From the NCBI GenBank assembly GCA_951406725.2, contig OX597821.1, positions 11,346,001-11,410,000 of the forward strand: a stretch of 64,000 nucleotides of DNA, in the 5' to 3' direction. The notes under the pieces are model-generated. The model did not search any database and was not told where the DNA came from. It worked only from the letters and a program-made list of their open reading frames with translations. Source of the stretch: Octopus vulgaris. Taxonomy: Eukaryota. Shown here one piece after another: positions 38,447-51,300 of the stretch; the first letter of the stretch is position 1, and each line of letters begins with the position of its first letter. A program made the translations under genes and the position numbers.

Positions 38447-41400
38447 CTGGGAGAAGATCAAACACAAATGTAAGAAATATGCATATAATGTACAAATGTA
38501 TGTATGTATGAATGAATGTCATTATTCAGTTATATTTCAAGATTTATTTCCAAAAGAGAAAGAGCTGGTTTCTGACCTAGATACAAGGATCCTTCATTAG
38601 AATTTCAACATCAACAACAGGGTATTTTTGCATGTATGTATGCATGCAGCTTTGTATGTTTTGTGTGTCTCATGCATACATTTGTATACCGTAATCCGAG
38701 GTGAAAAGGGGCTAAGGGGTGAAAAGGGGCAATAACTAGGAAAAATATTTTAGAACAATAAAGTTGAGATGACTCAAATTGACTCAAACGAGCACAATTT
38801 GAGTCATCTGAACTTATCATCGTTTAGCGTCCGCTTTCCATGCTAGCATGGGTTGGACGGTTCAACTGGGGTCTGGGAAGCCAGAAGGCTGCACCAGGCC
38901 CAGTTTGATCTGGCAATGTTTCTACAGCTGGATGCCCTTCCTAACGCCAACCACTCCATGAGTGTAGTGGGTGCTTTTTACGTGCCAGACGAGTCTGGCA
39001 AACAGCCACAATCGGATGGTGCTTTTTATGTGCCACTGGCACGGGGGCCACGCGACTTTCACGGTTATTGTCCCTATTCACCCCATATTATGGTACCTGA
39101 ATTCTCAAGATTGGTAATTTAGGCAGTGTGTTATATATCCCAGTGCCCCAAGAATTACATGTGTGTGTGTGCGTGTGTGGATGCATGCATACACGCAAGC
39201 AATGAGTGCTACAAAGCATAGAAAGAAACCATTCATTATGACTTTATGTAGAGACGTGCAAGGATCAATACAAGTTTCTTTACAGACAAGTTGAACCGGA
39301 TTAGTGTTTTGTTCAGTTGGCATTTTGATCAACTGTGCAAGTCAGTGGGTTGAGTATCAATACTTATGTATTTATGGATACAGCATGGCAGACTGGTTAA
39401 GAAGTTTGCTTTATAATCACAAGGACATGGACTAAAACCTCACTATGTGGTGCCTCGGGCGATATTTTTTACCACAGCTTCAGGTTGATCCAAGCCATCT
39501 GACTAAAATTGGATAAGTGGAAACTGTGTGGAATCATGTTTAGCTGGATCGTGTTTAGAATTTAAAGGTCCAATCTTGCCACATTGTCACATGCTGTGTT
39601 ATGGTGATGCTCCTTGAGAATTACATTCAGGGTGCCAAATATTTAACCCTTTTATACACTGAAGGCAAGTGGTCAAGCGGTTAAGGTTTTGCAGCAATGA
39701 TTCTAAGATTTTGGTTTCAACACCCACACAGGTCAGGCAGTGCATTGTATTCTTGAGCAAAACACTTTGATTCATTCTGCTTCAATCTACTCAGCTATGA
39801 GTCCCAGCAATAGCTGGAAAGTTAACCTTATGATAGATGCCCCGTTCAGGGCAGTTGGGGGAGGGGATGTTGTAATTTCAGCCATTTATATGCCAAGGAA
39901 ACTGGATTAAGCTCTGGCCTTATGAGTGATACAACTCATAAGAGACCTAGGATCTCAGTCAATCATTTAATTCAAAAGAACAGATCATCCAATCGATCAA
40001 ACAATTTAATTCTAATAGCTAAAAATCAACAGATGATCTAATTAGTTGAATCTATATTTTACAATGTCCACTTTTCTATGCTTGCATGGGTAGAACAGAG
40101 TTTACTAAGACAGATTTTCTACTGTTGGATATCCTTCCCATCAACAACCCTCACCTGCTTCCTAGCTACATAATATCACTCCATGGCCAGACATAGGTCT
40201 AGAAATGAATAACAATGCCTGTATCATTTAGCACTATCACATGACGTGAGAACAAAGAGAGGCACATATATACACACACACAAGCAAACAAGTTGCATTC
40301 AGTTTCCATCAACAAAATCCACTCACAAAAGTCTGGTCAGACCAGAGTTATCATAGTAGAAGACACTTGCTCAAGGTTTCACACAGAGGGACTGAACCTA
40401 GAACCAAGTAGATGGAAAGCAAATTTCTTATCATATGCTGCACATTTGTGTAAACAAACTAGAGATAAATTGGTGATTACTTACTGGAGAACTTCAAGAG
40501 AAATCTGAGAGTTGGAGACATCTAATCGAGATAGCTGAGATCCAGGAGGCTGGACTAAACCACTTAGTAATTCATTTACCCGATGACGAGGTTCAATATC
40601 TGATAGATCCAAGCTTTCCAAAGTCGAGGAGAACTGAAATATGAGAGAAAGAGAATAGCTGTTGACACTATAACCTTTAACAAAAATCAATATTGATAAT
40701 AACTAAATCGTACTGAATATTATGATATTCTATGGTGCTAGGAAGGGAATCCAGCCGTAGAAACCATGCCAAAACACACACTGGAACATGGTGCAGATCT
40801 CTGGCTGACAAGCTCCTATCAAACCATTCAATCCAGGCCAGCATGGAAAACAGGTATTAAATAATGATAATGAATGGGCAGAGTTGATCTATTGCCCAGT
40901 TTTGCACTGTCACTTCGCTCTTTGGGCATTTAGGCCAGGCCTCTGGTTTGAGGATGCCTTCTTCACTCCCTCCAGGCACACTTGGAAGTCCTGCAAAGGG
41001 TGATCGCCATACGATATAGATGAAACTGTTGCTATTATTGTACTTGACAAACTTATTCAAGTTAACTGCAGGAATCACACAAAGAATGTCATTCCTGAAG
41101 GCCGATGTTCCAAGTAAGACAAATTTGGTGGTCAGTGTGGGACTGCAAGATTAGATACAACATGGGTGATGAGAAGAGACAAAAATAAAAGAGGAATGAC
41201 AGAGTAATGGTGGCATGTGACTAGCCAAATCTGAGAACAGGTCATTATAGAAGCAGTACAAAAGGCAGAAAGAGGAAACAGTGAGAGGCTGGAGAATTAT
41301 TAATAACAGACTTTATGAAATTCAGTCAAGTGGCCCTTTTCTGGATGTGGGCTACCATGTCTGTGTGTATAGCAACAGCATCTCTCCAAATGGAAAAGCA

Positions 41401-42282
41401 ATGGGAGCTAAAGCCTATTCTGGGTTTCACCTCAACTTTGTAGAGTACCAATGATTGCAAGGACATAGGCACTTAATCCTTTAACTAGGAAATTAAACGA
41501 CGATTATTCTAGTAACGATGTTAAATATGTACCAAAAACTAGAATTTGTAGTTTCTGCAAGTCACGTTACCTGATTAAAAACTTGACATATCTCAATAAA
41601 AAATAATTTTAAACATTCTTCAACACAAGATAGATTGGTATATAAAACTGCTTCTCCCAGTTAAGGGTAATGAAATTTTGAGCTGATATATCTGATTTCC
41701 GCAGTAAAGGGGTTAAATGAATAGATTTGCATATGGTTAAAATAATATTCCCATAGTAAAAATTAATTCTTTGATTCTTACCTGAACTAATGAAACATCT
41801 TGAATAATGGCGTTCCTGGACAACCGCAGGAATTTAAGTTTATCAGACGTAACATAATTAATTACTTCTGGTGTGATTTTGCAAAACTGATCAAGTTCAA
41901 GGATTTCCAGGTTATGTGAGTTCTTTAGTAATCTGGAAACATAAACATATTGCAACAGTAATTATACTTCTCGAAGAAAGAATGTAAATTCCATTTTCAC
42001 AAATTTGGACAAGTATACACACACACACACACACATATATATACACATATGTGTATAGGCAGCCCCAACATAATTACTCTTTTACTTGTTTCAATCATTT
42101 GACTGCGGCCATGCTGGAGTACTGGCTTTAGTTGAGCAAATTGGCCCCAGGACTTATTCTTTGTAAGCCTAGTACTTAATCTATCGGTCTCTTTTGCCGA
42201 ACAGCTAAGTTACGGGGGACATAAAACTCACCAGCATCGATTGTCAAGCAATGCTAGGGGGACAAACACGGACACAAAAAAA

Positions 42283-42319
<37 letters not shown>

Positions 42320-45300
42320 TATACGACGGGCTTCTTTCAGTTTCCGTCTACCAAATCCACTCACAAGGCTTTGGTCGACCCGAGGCTATAGTAGAAGACA
42401 CTCACCCAATGTGCCATGCAGTGGGACTGAACTCGGAACCATGTGGTTTGTAAGCAAGCAACTTACCACACAGCCACTCCTACACCTATGAATATATTCT
42501 AAGTTATGGGATTTTGCACTTACAGAAATTGTGAAGTATGACTACAAATTTACATTTGCAATTTCAGCCACGAAGAAACTCAAGATGAAATTTAACAATT
42601 TAAAAACTACATTTTCTCCTTTGCATTTCATATTTTAATTAAGATATCAAAGCATAGTCAACAATATGGAACACCTATAATCACAACATGTGCGTGTATC
42701 TGTATGCAAGCGCTTGTGCATCTGATGGATGGACAGACATATTCAGAGTGGAAAATTCCATCATTCACTGTATAGGTGTTTACAGTGATGCATACACTGA
42801 AAGATTATCTACAGCTGGATGTCTTTCCTGTTGCCAACCTTTACTCATTTCCAAGCAAGTTAATTTCTCCATAACCAGACAGGCTTACACTGAATAATAT
42901 AAAAGTATGACATTTATCAGATCTTTTCTGTTTGGCTGAACTTTTTGAAATTTTAAAATGAAGTGAAAATTTACAAATTTGGTTTTATTGATACAATTTT
43001 TGAAGCTGAATCTTGGGACTTAATTCACTTGTTCCAGAAAAAATCTTTTAAAAAAGTTACAGAGGTTTAAAGTTTCATAAATTTTTACCCAGTTAGAAAA
43101 GTATGTGGAAGCTGTGTGACTACACTCTATCATTGCAGCTCTAGCACATGTTTTAATATCAATCTCTAAACAAATGAAATATTGGTGGAATACTGCTTTA
43201 CACAAGCCATATAACCCCTTATAATTTTTTACTTTTTGGAAAATTTTTGTGAACTTATTATTTTTACATACAGCAGGAATTCATACAATTATATAAAAAC
43301 AAAAAACTAAAATAGTAACTTAGTGTTTGAGTTAAGGCCTACATAGCTGTTACTTTTAGCAAAGCTCATGCCCACATCCTATCTCAAGTATTTAAGCTTT
43401 TAGTAAGGGTAAAATGACCACATGGCTGGACAAAACAACAAAAGACAAGTAAGGAGCTTGGTAACAGCTTGGTTTATTACTATGGAAACAGGCACCTATA
43501 TGTCTGTAGCTTTCAAATGGTTAAAATTACCCAGAATTTGCAAACTTTAAAACCTATTAACTCTTTATTTTTTGATTTAAGGCTAAAATGAATTTCATGC
43601 CAATAATCACAAAGCAAAACTACAACAATACACCAAATATGAAATCAATTGGAGCAAACTTGAAGAAATTAAAAAGTGGCAACCAAACAGAAAAGATCCT
43701 ATTTATTTTTAATGATGACATGATATCAAGATAGGGAGATACAAACTATTTCTCAAATCCACTCACAAGGCTTTGATCAGCCTGAGACTATAGTAGAAGA
43801 CACATGCCCAAGGTGCCATGCAGTGAGACTGAACACGAGCGACACTTGCACTTCTTACTTATCCTCATAAAAATACGCAATCAGGAATATTTTTCTTACC
43901 TTTTCAAAATATTATGAGCTGTTTCAGTCAACACTGAATTTTTGTCAGACAAACTTAAAGAAAGGTGTTTTAGCATCGGGAACCCAGCTGATTCTTCCTA
44001 TGGAAAAAAAAAAAAGATTTTTTTTTTAAAGCTACATGAGATTTGGTATCAGAAGCCCAAAAGAGACTTCTATGGAAATATAATACATCTTAAGCAGGAG
44101 ATGCTTCAGTATAAAAAACCCAGATAGTTCCTCTTATGAAAATAAAATACATCTTAGTTTTTAGCTGCAGGCAATTTTGCATGGAAACCTAACAGAGATC
44201 TTTATGGAAATAAAACACATTTTAATTTTAAGGTGGAAGTGCTGCTTCAGTATCAAAGACCCAAATAGTTCTGCCTTGGAAAATAAAACACTTCTTAGAT
44301 TTACACTGGAGGTGATTTAGCAACATGGCTAATAATTTCTACACAGATACACAAAGATATACATATACAATGGGCTTCTTTCAGTTTCCGCCTACCAAAT
44401 CCACTCACAAGGCTTTGGTTGGCCTGAGGCTATAGTAGAAGACACTTGCTCAAGGTGCACTGCAGTGGGACTGAACCTGGAACATGTGGTTGGTAAGCAA
44501 GTTACTTACGACACAGCCATGACTATACATATCTTAGGTCCTGTAATTGTTGGTGACTCTTACTTTAATTATTGCTTCTTTGTACGTGGCATGTGGAGTG
44601 GAAGCACTCCGTCGGTTACAACGAGGGTTCCGGTTGATCCGATCAACGGAACAGCCTGCTCGTGAAATTAACGTGTAAGTGGCTGAGCACTCCACAGACA
44701 CGTGTACCCTTAACGCAGTTCTCGGGGATATTCAGCATGACACAGAGAGTGACAAGGCCGGCCCTTTGAAATACAGGTACAACAGAAACAGGAAGTAAGA
44801 GTGAGAGAAGGTTGTGGTGAAAGAGTACAGCAGGGATCACCACCATCCCTGCTGGTGCCTCGTGGAGCTTTAGGTGTTTTCGCTCAATAAACACTCACAA
44901 CGCCCGGTCTGGGAATCGAAACCGCGATCCTACGACCGCGAGTCCGCTGCCCTAACCACTGGGCCATTGCGCCTCCACACGTGGCATGTACAACCCTCAC
45001 AAGCCATTTATCCATGCCAAGTTTCTTAACTGATCATCTGATTGCTGAACTTGGTACCCTGTCAAGTGCCTTCTCCAACAAATAGCAAGAATAGTGGTTC
45101 ATTCTTAACCAATTATCTCCTGCAGTTGCCTCACTAGGAAGATTGCATTCATAGTACCTCTTCTGGGCATGAAACCAAACTGCATGCCATCTAAGCATAC
45201 TCTATCATGAATCAATTGTACTATGACCATCATAACCTGATCCAATAGTTTCATTCCTTTACAGCTGTTTCTCTCTTTGTAGCAGCTGACAATGACACTG

Positions 45301-48300
45301 CTAGGTCAGAAAAGCAGAGCTTTGTCTGCTTTAGATTACTTAAGTATTTTTTGTAATTTACCTCTGCAGCTTAAGGAGGATAGTTCAGGAATTGCAGATT
45401 ATGTTGTAATTGTCAGTGTTGTGGTTGTTTAGCAGCCACCTCCCAATCAATAATGATACAGTGAGCTGGCAGAATCGTGAGCACGCCAGGCGAAATGCTC
45501 AGTACTATTTTGTCGGTCTTTACATTCTGAGATCAAATTGTAGGCATAGGAGAGGCTGTGTGGTAAAAGGCTTGCTTACCAACCACATGGTTCCGGGTTC
45601 AGTGCCACTGTGTAGCACCCTGGGCAAGTGTCTTCTACTATAGCCTCGGGCTGACCAGAGCCTTGTGAGTGGATTTGATAGACGGAAATTTGATAGTGGA
45701 TTTGATAGTAGAAGACACTTGCCCAAGGTGCTCTGCAGTAGGACTGAACCTGGAACATGCAGCTGGTAAGCAAGTTACTTACCACACAGCCACAACTATA
45801 AGAGGGATGACCTGTAAGTGGAGATCCATTATGCTAGAAGATCCGCTATGGTCTTACCACTAAGAAAGGAATGCTCTCAAGAATGTTCTTGAGAACATTC
45901 CTTTCTTAGTGGTAAGACCATAGTGGATCTTCTTCTAGCATAATGGATGTCCACTTACAGGTCTTCCCTCTTATATGTATGTAATATAATTTTTTCTGAA
46001 ACTTCAGATTTTTCAATATGCTAGACACATACATATACATACATATATTTATATATATATACATATATATTTATACATATATGTGTGTGTGTGTGTTATT
46101 GTCGCCTTGCCTTCACCTCATGTTGTAATGAGATGTAAATGAGCCTGATCATCATGCAATCAGTGTTATTCATTTTCAATCTCCCACATCTGGTCATAAA
46201 AAAAAATATTACCTAGCCTAGAAACAGGTGAGGGCTGACAACAGGAAAAGCATCGAGTCATAGTTAATCTGCCTTAACAAAATTCTGTCCAACCCATGCA
46301 AGCACAGAAAAGTGGATGTTGAATCGATGATGATGATTAGTGACCCATTTATGAAAGACAAGAATGTGTGAACATCATATTTCATTTCTCTTGAAATCAT
46401 GAAGAGTTCTTTAGTTTTACAAGTTGCAAGGTGACCACACAAGCGCACAGAGCCATGTAAAAATACACCCAGAAAAAATACAATCTATAAAGTGGTTAAT
46501 GAATCAAATAGAGACTCTCTAGCTTTACTGGTGGCTAGACAACACTCATGGTGCTAGTGGCATGAAAAAAATGCATTCATTACTCTCTGTAAGCAGTTTG
46601 TGTTAGGAAAGGTATCTGCCCGAAAAAAAAAAAAAAGAATCCACAAATGAAACATTTGAGTGAGGCACATTAGGAGTAGTTGAATTCTCCAATCTTCGCC
46701 AGCAGGTGTAAAATGATGATGATGATGTTAACCATAAACTGATCCCCCAACCCTTCCATAGGCTTTAGAGTATGCATAATCCAAAGATCGATACTCTAAC
46801 CACTTAGTCTTTTTTGATTTTGTAGCACCCCAGTTTTAAGTAGTTGTTATGCCTATTTCTTTGTTACCCACAAGGGGCTAAACATAGAGGGGACAAACAT
46901 GGACAGACATAGGTATTAAGTCGATTACATCGACCCCAGTGCGTAACTGGTACTTAATTTATCGACCCTGAAAGGATGAAAGGTAAAGTCAACCTCGGCG
47001 GAATTTGAACTCACAACGTAACGGCAGACGAAATACCGCTAAGCATTTTGCCCGACGTGCTAACGATTCTGCCAGCTTGCCGTAGTTGTTATGCCTAGCA
47101 CCCACCTAAGTGGCAAATGAGGCATCACTGACTTAACATGTGTGATGATCTAAAAATTTTAATCAAAAAGTGGACTTTATAAGCTTTTAACAGTGAAATA
47201 ATAAAAAAATCAATAAAACCAAAAGCTGTAAATTTACTTTATATATTCATTTCTACTCTAGGCAAAAGGCTCAAAATTTTGGGGAGGGGACCAGTCAATT
47301 AGATCAACCCCAGTATGCAACTGGTACTTAATTTATCGACCGTGAAAGGATGAAAGGCAAAGTCGACCTCGGCAGAAGTTGAACTCAGAATGTAAGGACA
47401 AAATACCAATTTCTTTACTACCCGCAAGGGGCTAAACACAGAGAGGACAAACAAGGACAGACAAATGGATTGAGTCGATTATATCGACCCAAGTGCATGA
47501 CCAGTACTTATTTAATCGACCCCGAAAGGATGAAAGGCAAAGTCGACCTCGGCAGAAGTTGAACTCAGAATGTAAGGACAAAATACCAATTTCTTTACTA
47601 CCTGCAAGGGGCTAAACACAGAGAGGACAAACAAGGACAGACAAATGGATTGAGTCGATTATATCGACCCAAGTGCATGACCGGTACTTATTTAATCGAC
47701 CCCAAAAGGATGAAAGGCAAAGTCGACCTCAACGGAATTTGAACTCAGAAAGTAGCAGCAGACGAAATACCTATTTCTTTATTACCCACAAGGGGCTAAA
47801 CACAGAGGGGACAAACAAGGACAGACAAACGGATTAAGTCGATTACATCGACCCCCAGTGCGTAACTGGTACTTAATTTATCGACCCCGAAAGGATGAAA
47901 GGCAAAGTCAACCTCAGCGGAATTTGAACTCAGAATGTAACGGCAGATGAAATACCGCTAAGCATTTCGCCCGGCGAGCTTACGTTTCTGCCAGGTTGTT
48001 GCCTTATTTATTTTATAAATTGCAAGTTAATGACTTCCCTATGCCTGAAAAGCTCTAATTTTATTTTAATAACCATTACTAGTTTTATTATGTGAGGTAA
48101 AAATTAGTATGTTAATTCTGGTACATCACCGCCTCCTCACTGCCCCCTAAACACTAGCATTCATTTCAGCATGCTAGTGCCACCAGAAGGGCAGTACTGC
48201 TAACAATGAGGCTCTCAGCTCAATATACTCGACCTGATAGATATATCAACCAAATCTTTTGCAAATCACACCTCACTGTCTTAAGAAAATAGAATATTAA

Positions 48301-51300
48301 TAAAGGCACATTAGACAAAGGCTATACAAAAAAGACGAGATGGTCATAGGTGGAATACTTGGTACCATATACCTGTTTCATCAGGGCAAGAACTGAAGCT
48401 AAACAACAACAAACAGGATACATTTCAATATACATACAGGAATTTCTGTTCAAAACTAGCTTTTTGTTTTTTATTTTCAAATGGGTCCCCACCTACCTCT
48501 CTCTATTTACCACAAAATCGAAATCGAAATCGAAATTGGTACTCATTTAATCGACCCCGACAGGATGAAAGGCAAAGTCGACCTCGGCGGAATTTGAACT
48601 CAGAACGTAACGGCAGACGAAATACAGCTACGCATTTCGCCCGGCGTGCTAACGTTTCTGTCAGCTCGCCGCCTTGGTACCATATACCTGTTTCATCAGG
48701 GCAAGAACTGAAGCTAAACAACAACAAACAGGATACATTTCAATATACATACAGGAATTTCTGTTCAAAACTAGCTTTTTGTTTTTTATTTTCAAATGGG
48801 TCCCCACCTACCTCTCTCTATTTACCACAAAATATTCCATACAGATGCACATAGCCCTTGTTCATTCAATACATATAAATGATAGTTGATAAAATAATAT
48901 ACAAAGGAAATATTGGGATTGATTTCACACTCCTACAAAGCATTTTGATTTTTAAACAGGAGCATCAAGGCTTTGCATACTATGAAGCATTTTTAAGAAA
49001 GGCTGGTAGCAGGAAGGGCAACCAGCTATAAAGGACTGCCTGACGAAAACCCACATAACTCATACTCATCATCATTTAGCGTCCGTTTTCCATGCTAGCA
49101 TGGGTTGGACGGTTCAACTGGGGTCTGTGAAGCCAGAAGGCTGCATCAGGCCCTGTCTGATCTGGCAGTGTTTCTATGGCTGGATGCCCTTCCTAACGCC
49201 AACCACTCCGTGAGTGTAGTGGATGCTTTTTACGTGCCACCCGCACAGGTGCCAGACGGAACTGGCAAACGGCCACGGACGGATGGTGCTTTTTACGTGC
49301 CACCAGCACGGGGGCCAGGCGAGGCTGGCATCGGCCACAAACGGATGGTACTTTTTACGTGCCAAGGAAAAAAAAAAAACCTAAAACAACAACGATGATG
49401 ATGATGGTGGTGGTGGTGACATTGATATGAATAAGTGAATGAATTAAATCGCATCACTTACCATTTGTAATTTTGTAACTTTGGGAGACACAAGCGGACA
49501 TTTTATAATGGCAAGTTTGGAGAGCTTGCGGAGCGAAATTTGGAACTTCTCTATATCGATGTTGAGCCGAGTACAGGAAATATTAATGAGCTCTAAAACC
49601 TCAAGATTGTGACAGTTGATCTGAAAAAAAAAAAACATATATATATATATATCTTTATATATAAAATTGTAGTTGTGTGTGTGTGTGTGTCTGTCTACTC
49701 CAATTTAGATTCCTAACTACTCCCACATTTTGCAGTGCAGTTTAACTGAAAGCGGGTATCTTATAGTGGTGATTCATATCGAGCCCTTCTGGGTATTAGC
49801 ACGTGTCTACGATGAGTCTACGATTTAAAAAAAAATTTACCATCATTTTTCCGCATTTTTAATCCATTTTTCGCTCGGTTTTATATAAGGGAAGTAACTC
49901 TCTAAAAATGCTTATATAGTTATTTTCCTTACAAACCCGAGCAACGCCGGGCGATACTGCTAGTTATTATATATATATATATACACACACACGAGCCGTG
50001 CTCCAGCATGACCATAGTCAAATGACTGAAACAAGTAAAGAGTATTAAAATAAAAAGAGCCATTTAAAAAGCATTAAATCATCAGTTAACACTTTTCCAA
50101 GCTTGTATCATTCAGACTGAATTTGTTGAAGCAAATTTTCTATGGCTAAATGCCCTTCATGTCACCAAGCAAGGTAACATTTTCCTATATATACATGACA
50201 ACCATCTTTCAGTTTGTTTCCATCTACTGAAATGGTTCATAAAGCTTTGGTCAGTGAAATGGTTCATAAAGCTGGTGGTCAGTGGGAAAAATTCATTTAA
50301 ATAGTAGGAATCATTGATAGCAAAATGGTTGGGAACCACTCTTTTAAGATGTCACTTGATCTACTAGAAAAAGCAGCCAAATCTCCTTCAAATCACACTA
50401 TTCTGTCTTAACCTGTTAGCATTCAGATTACTGTCAAAATCTAATGCATATTTATTCAGTTTTGAATGAATCATGCAGCCTTTGGATTTCAATGATGTGT
50501 ATATTTTTAGAAAGACATTGCAGGGTAGGTGTAAGAAGTGAGATCTGACCAGTTTGAATGTAAAACAATTTGGGCAAGATATAGCTGGGTTAAACGTGAA
50601 AAAATTATATAAAGGACATCTGTGATAGTCAAACGGCTGGGAACCATCCCTCTTGACTTACTAGAAGCAGCAGCTAAAATTTCCCACAAATCACATATTT
50701 CTATCTTAAACAACGCAATGGTCAGACAACATGCTAGGACAGCTATGGTTGGAACCAATAAAATCACTACTACTACTACTACAATAAAAATTCCGTAATT
50801 TAAAAGTAAAAAAATAGTTGGCAGCATTCCTTACAAGTTGAGTATTAAACAACTCATTAATCTTCTGCTGTTGAACAACAATTCCACCGAAAGTGAGATG
50901 AGTAAGGCTGTTGGATGAATTTGCCAGAAGTGATTCTAATGGGACATGATTTTTTTCAAGAGACTGGGAAAATAAAAGAACAGTATATTAAATACAAATT
51001 TCAATAATGGACGAAAAATAAAACTTAGAAAGAAATTCAGAAAGAAAACTTTGCAAGCAGAGTTTAGTGTCCAATGAAGGAATAAATATACAAAGATATT
51101 CAAACACAAACATCTACAGGAATACACACATACACACAAAGTCACTTACACAAACACCCCCACATCACACAGACATAAATACATACACACATATGTATGT
51201 GTGTTACATCTTATACACATATAAAATTCAGAGGAACTTACTTTGCAATCTAAAAGATTAATTGTAGAAAGTTTGGGGCAGTTCTGAGTTATAGCATTTA

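Noticed and set aside
48370-48395. CTGATGA on the minus strand within the 160-bp duplication as a hammerhead core
   Set aside because: No stem II or separate GAAA follows; chance match.
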